In this document: one piece after another, positions 7,284-10,030 of the stretch
How positions within the stretch are numbered: the stretch's first letter is position 1
Layout: the number at the start of each line of letters is the position of its first letter
From: Candidatus Thorarchaeota archaeon
GTDB taxonomy: Archaea; Asgardarchaeota; Thorarchaeia; Thorarchaeales; Thorarchaeaceae
Direction: 5' to 3'
Assembly (NCBI GenBank): GCA_029858305.1
Contig: JAOUFI010000086.1
Span: 1 to 10,030, forward strand
Length of the DNA stretch: 10,030 bases
The notes under the pieces: model-generated
What the model saw: only the letters and a program-made list of their open reading frames with translations
The model's database searches: none
What the model was told of the DNA's origin: nothing
Made by a program: the position numbers and the translations under genes

Positions 7284-9038
7284 TTGTCAGATGCGAAAGA
7301 AGAACCACGAATCGGTGTATTTGTCTGCCATTGCGGCCATAACATAGCTGGTACTGTCAATGTTGCTGCCGTAGCGGAGATGGCAAGACACCTACCACAT
7401 GTAGCTTTTGCAACCGATGAGATGTTCATGTGCTCTGATGCAGGACAGACTCTAATCAAGGAAAAGATCAAGGAGCTCAATCTCAATAGAGTTGTTGTGG
7501 CAAGTTGTTCACCGAGGATGCATGAACCAACATTCCGTCGCGTAGTTGAGGAGGCTGATGTTAATAGGTACTTATTCGACCAAGTTAACCTCCGAGAACA
7601 TGTGAGCTGGTGCCACTCAAGGGAACCCGAGAAAGCAACGGAAAAGGCAAAAGATCTCGTACGCATGTCAGTCGCCAGGGCCGCAAAACTGGAGTACCTA
7701 CCAATTAAGTCAGTGGATGTCATTCCAAAGACTCTTGTCGTGGGAGGCGGCATTGCTGGCTTACGGGCATCTCTAGATATTGCAGAACGCGGCTTCGATG
7801 TAATCCTCGTTGAGAAAGATAGTCAGCTTGGAGGGAATGTAGCAAAGTGGACTCACCTCTTCCCCTCTGATGAGTCTGGTGCACAGGTTATTGGACCACT
7901 TATTCATGACGTGAAGAAGCACAAACGTATTAAAATCCTGGTAAATAGTAAGGTTTCAGAATTTGATGGTTATATTGGGAACTTCGGCGTTACGATTAAG
8001 AATCAAAGCACAGGGAAGGCGCATCGCTACGAAGTGGGTACTGTCATAGTATCTACTGGATTTGAACCTTTCAAGCCTGTTGGATACTACGGCTATGGAA
8101 CCTCTCCCGATATTGTCACTCTTGCTGAACTCCAGGAGATGGAGCCAGGCAAGCAACTTCTCAAATCGAGTGATGGAAAGCCAGTGAAGAAGATCGTCTT
8201 TATTGGTTGTGTTGGTTCTCGAGAGCCAGGTAAGAAAGGTCATGAGCATTGCTCTCGACATTGCTGTTCTGCTACAGCAAAAGCTGCGGGAGACCTCAGA
8301 GACCGTGTTGATGAGGCTCTTGTTCTCTATCAGGATATCAGAACATATGGGAAGGGTCATGAAGAGTTCCACAGGCTTGCTAGGCAGAAGCATGTGATTT
8401 ACAGTAAATTCCCTCAGGATGGGCACCCAGAAGTCGAAGTCAAGAATGGGAAGATCAAACTGAGGTGGTTCGATGTGCTCGGAGGAGTTGAGCTTCAATT
8501 TGAGCCTGACCTACTTGTGCTGGCATCTGCGATGATTCCACCGGTTGATATGGATGAAACTGCAAAAATGTTCAGCCTTACTAGAAGTGGAGACGGATTC
8601 TTTAATCCTGAACACATCAAGCTTGCACCTCTAACAACCCACACCGCTGGAGTAATGATTGCTGGTGCTGCTCAGGCTGCGAAGAACGCATCAGAGTCTG
8701 TGATAGATGCCAGTGGAGCCGCTGCAAAGGCAGTAGGCTTAATGGCTCAAGGCAAGGTGGAGATTGAATCGACGGTCTCGCACGTGCTACCAGATATATG
8801 CTCATCTTGCCACACATGTGTCACAGCTTGTCCCTATGGTGCAATTGCCATGGATGAGGAACATGACCCACCTGTTGCCATAGTTACAGAGGCTAAATGC
8901 AAAGGGTGCGGCACATGTGCAGCCGCTTGTCCAAGTAGTGCAATTGTCATGTATCATTCAACAGATGAGCAGATTCTTACCATGGTTGAGGCGTACTTAT
9001 GCGCAACACCAGGACTACAAGGAGGTGGTTCAGTATGA
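7284..9038 (+). CDS. hdrA: HdrA-like flavoprotein #3: N-terminal Fe-S domain, FAD domain and C-terminal 2x[4Fe-4S] ferredoxin; lacks the inserted ferredoxin
   Basis: EEPRIGVFVCHCG, FMCSDAG, ASCSPRMHEPTF, ATEKAKDLVRM, VGGGIAG, GCVGSR..CSRHCC, CSSCHTCVTACP, CKGCGTCAAACPS. TTG start with GGAGG at 7271-7275. Confidence 0.92.
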   Translation: MSDAKEEPRIGVFVCHCGHNIAGTVNVAAVAEMARHLPHVAFATDEMFMCSDAGQTLIKEKIKELNLNRVVVASCSPRMHEPTFRRVVEEADVNRYLFDQVNLREHVSWCHSREPEKATEKAKDLVRMSVARAAKLEYLPIKSVDVIPKTLVVGGGIAGLRASLDIAERGFDVILVEKDSQLGGNVAKWTHLFPSDESGAQVIGPLIHDVKKHKRIKILVNSKVSEFDGYIGNFGVTIKNQSTGKAHRYEVGTVIVSTGFEPFKPVGYYGYGTSPDIVTLAELQEMEPGKQLLKSSDGKPVKKIVFIGCVGSREPGKKGHEHCSRHCCSATAKAAGDLRDRVDEALVLYQDIRTYGKGHEEFHRLARQKHVIYSKFPQDGHPEVEVKNGKIKLRWFDVLGGVELQFEPDLLVLASAMIPPVDMDETAKMFSLTRSGDGFFNPEHIKLAPLTTHTAGVMIAGAAQAAKNASESVIDASGAAAKAVGLMAQGKVEIESTVSHVLPDICSSCHTCVTACPYGAIAMDEEHDPPVAIVTEAKCKGCGTCAAACPSSAIVMYHSTDEQILTMVEAYLCATPGLQGGGSV

Positions 9039-9481
9039 ACACCGAAGTATCCACATCAATGAAGACAGAAAAAGAATGGGAACCCCGCATAATAGCCTAT
9101 TGCTGCAACTGGTGTTCATATGCTGGGGCAGACTTGGCTGGAACAAGTCGAATACAATATCCAACAAACGCAAGAATCGTCAGAGTGAACTGCACAGGCA
9201 GGCTCAGTCCTGAGTTCGTACTTGCGGCGTTAAACATGGGTGCTGATGGCGTTCTTGTTTCTGGATGTCATCCCGGTGATTGTCACTATACGAGCGGCAA
9301 TCTCAAGGCACGTGCCCGATGGGCACTAATGGAAACAGCGATTGAACAAGCAGGAGTAGATCCAAGAAGGGTACGCTTGCAATGGGCTTCAGCTTCTGAG
9401 GCACAGATTTTCGCTGATGGTGTCAAGGCAATTGTAGAACAAGTAAGAGAACTAGGTCCAATCAGGAGTGAATGGAAATGA
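9035..9481 (+). CDS. mvhD: Methyl-viologen-reducing hydrogenase delta subunit ([2Fe-2S])
   Basis: WEPRIIAYCCNWCSYAGADLAG, VNCTGR, GADGVLVSGCHPGDCHY, WASASE. Start moved to ATG 9035 (ATGA overlap with the hdrA #3 stop; SD GGAGGTG at 9021-9027). Confidence 0.93.
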   Translation: MNTEVSTSMKTEKEWEPRIIAYCCNWCSYAGADLAGTSRIQYPTNARIVRVNCTGRLSPEFVLAALNMGADGVLVSGCHPGDCHYTSGNLKARARWALMETAIEQAGVDPRRVRLQWASASEAQIFADGVKAIVEQVRELGPIRSEWK

Positions 9482-9714
9482 GTAAGATGTTTGTAAACTT
9501 CTTTAGTCAGAAACGCAGTGAAGTTAGAAAACAACGTAAGACGATTGAAGAGGTTCTGCAGGGCGGGCCCTCTACAGTATCCAAGATCGCAGAAGCAACT
9601 GGTTTCGAGAAGAACCTGGTTGTTTGGAATCTAATGGGCATGCTACGCTGGGGTGTTGTAGAGGTTGCTAGTGAGGAGGGTGATGAGCTAACCTACATTC
9701 TAAAGGAGGCTTAA
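9478..9714 (+). CDS. Small winged helix-turn-helix protein (78 aa)
   Basis: IEEVLQGGPSTVSKIAEATGFEKNLVVWNLMGMLRWGVV..Y fits the ArsR/MarR-like wHTH pattern. ATGA overlap with the mvhD stop; GGAGTG at 9465-9470. Confidence 0.75.
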   Translation: MSKMFVNFFSQKRSEVRKQRKTIEEVLQGGPSTVSKIAEATGFEKNLVVWNLMGMLRWGVVEVASEEGDELTYILKEA

Positions 9715-9716
9715 TA

Positions 9717-10030
9717 CTGTCCAATCCCGTTTCTATCGCTATGGCTCAGGGCAGCTCTTGCTGGGGATGTTTCCAGAGCCTAGTAGATATTCATCTCAAT
9801 CTAGCAACTGTTCTACCAGCTCTTGAGATAAAGTATTGGCAGGCGGTAGCTGATTTTAAACTCCATCACTTAGAGAGTTATAATGACAAGTCCATTGTAG
9901 TAGGACTCTTTGAAGGGATGGCGAGAACTGAAGAGGATATTCATCTTCTGAAGCTCATGCGTAACAAGTGTCAGATTCTGATTGCTTTCGGCTCCTGTTC
10001 ATGCTTTGGCGGAATTCCAGGTCTGGCAAG
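9717..10030 (+). CDS. mvhG: [NiFe]-hydrogenase small subunit, MvhG type (5' part, runs off the window)
   Basis: Manual translation: (M)SNPVSIAMAQGSSCWGCFQSLVDIH..VADFK..LFEGMARTEED..MRNKCQILIAFGSCSCFGGIPGLA, with the N-terminal CxxC, EG and GxCxxxGGIPGL motifs. Follows mvhD. Probable CTG start; first in-frame ATG is at 9741. Confidence 0.88.
   Translation, partial: MSNPVSIAMAQGSSCWGCFQSLVDIHLNLATVLPALEIKYWQAVADFKLHHLESYNDKSIVVGLFEGMARTEEDIHLLKLMRNKCQILIAFGSCSCFGGIPGLA

Noticed and set aside
7280-7286. Pyrrolysine/TAG readthrough or a programmed frameshift fusing hdrA #2 and #3
   Set aside because: #3 is in a different frame, so readthrough cannot fuse them. No slippery site is visible, and a good SD precedes the TTG.
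5984-9038. QmoAB assignment or pseudogene status for the truncated hdrA genes
   Set aside because: No qmoC or aprAB nearby, and hdrBC/mvh are adjacent. The ORFs are intact with SD sites and retained cofactor motifs, and the losses are reciprocal rather than random.
1829-10030. Selenocysteine recoding in HdrA or MvhD (selenoproteins in Methanococcales and some Asgard archaea)
   Set aside because: The ORFs have no internal TGA, the relevant positions are Cys codons (DCSAC, CCNWC, CHPGDC), and no SECIS was recognised.
1-10030. CRISPR arrays, tRNA/rRNA genes, transposases or integrases
   Set aside because: None seen; the window is almost fully explained by the listed coding genes.

Overview
The window holds two divergent units separated by a ~560-bp AT-rich region. 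On the minus strand is a dipeptide/oligopeptide ABC-transporter ATPase (OppD/DppD family). On the plus strand is a tightly coupled heterodisulfide reductase/hydrogenase operon: hdrA-like #1 (916 aa, with an inserted GltD/NfnB-like NAD(P)H-flavin module, HdrL-like), hdrC, hdrB, hdrA-like #2 (432 aa), hdrA-like #3 (584 aa), mvhD, a small winged-helix protein, and the 5' part of mvhG, which runs off the window and is absent from the ORF track. No hdrA gene is complete. #1 and #2 are colinear paralogues differing by a net 467-aa insert, and both lack exactly the parts that #3 retains, and vice versa. This suggests one shared half-subunit (#3) with two interchangeable partners, with or without an NAD(P)H port. 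Also notable are patchy nucleotide-identity tracts between #1 and #2 and a probable CTG start for mvhG. Gene content fits an anaerobic prokaryote, probably an archaeon; taxonomy cannot be fixed from the sequence alone.
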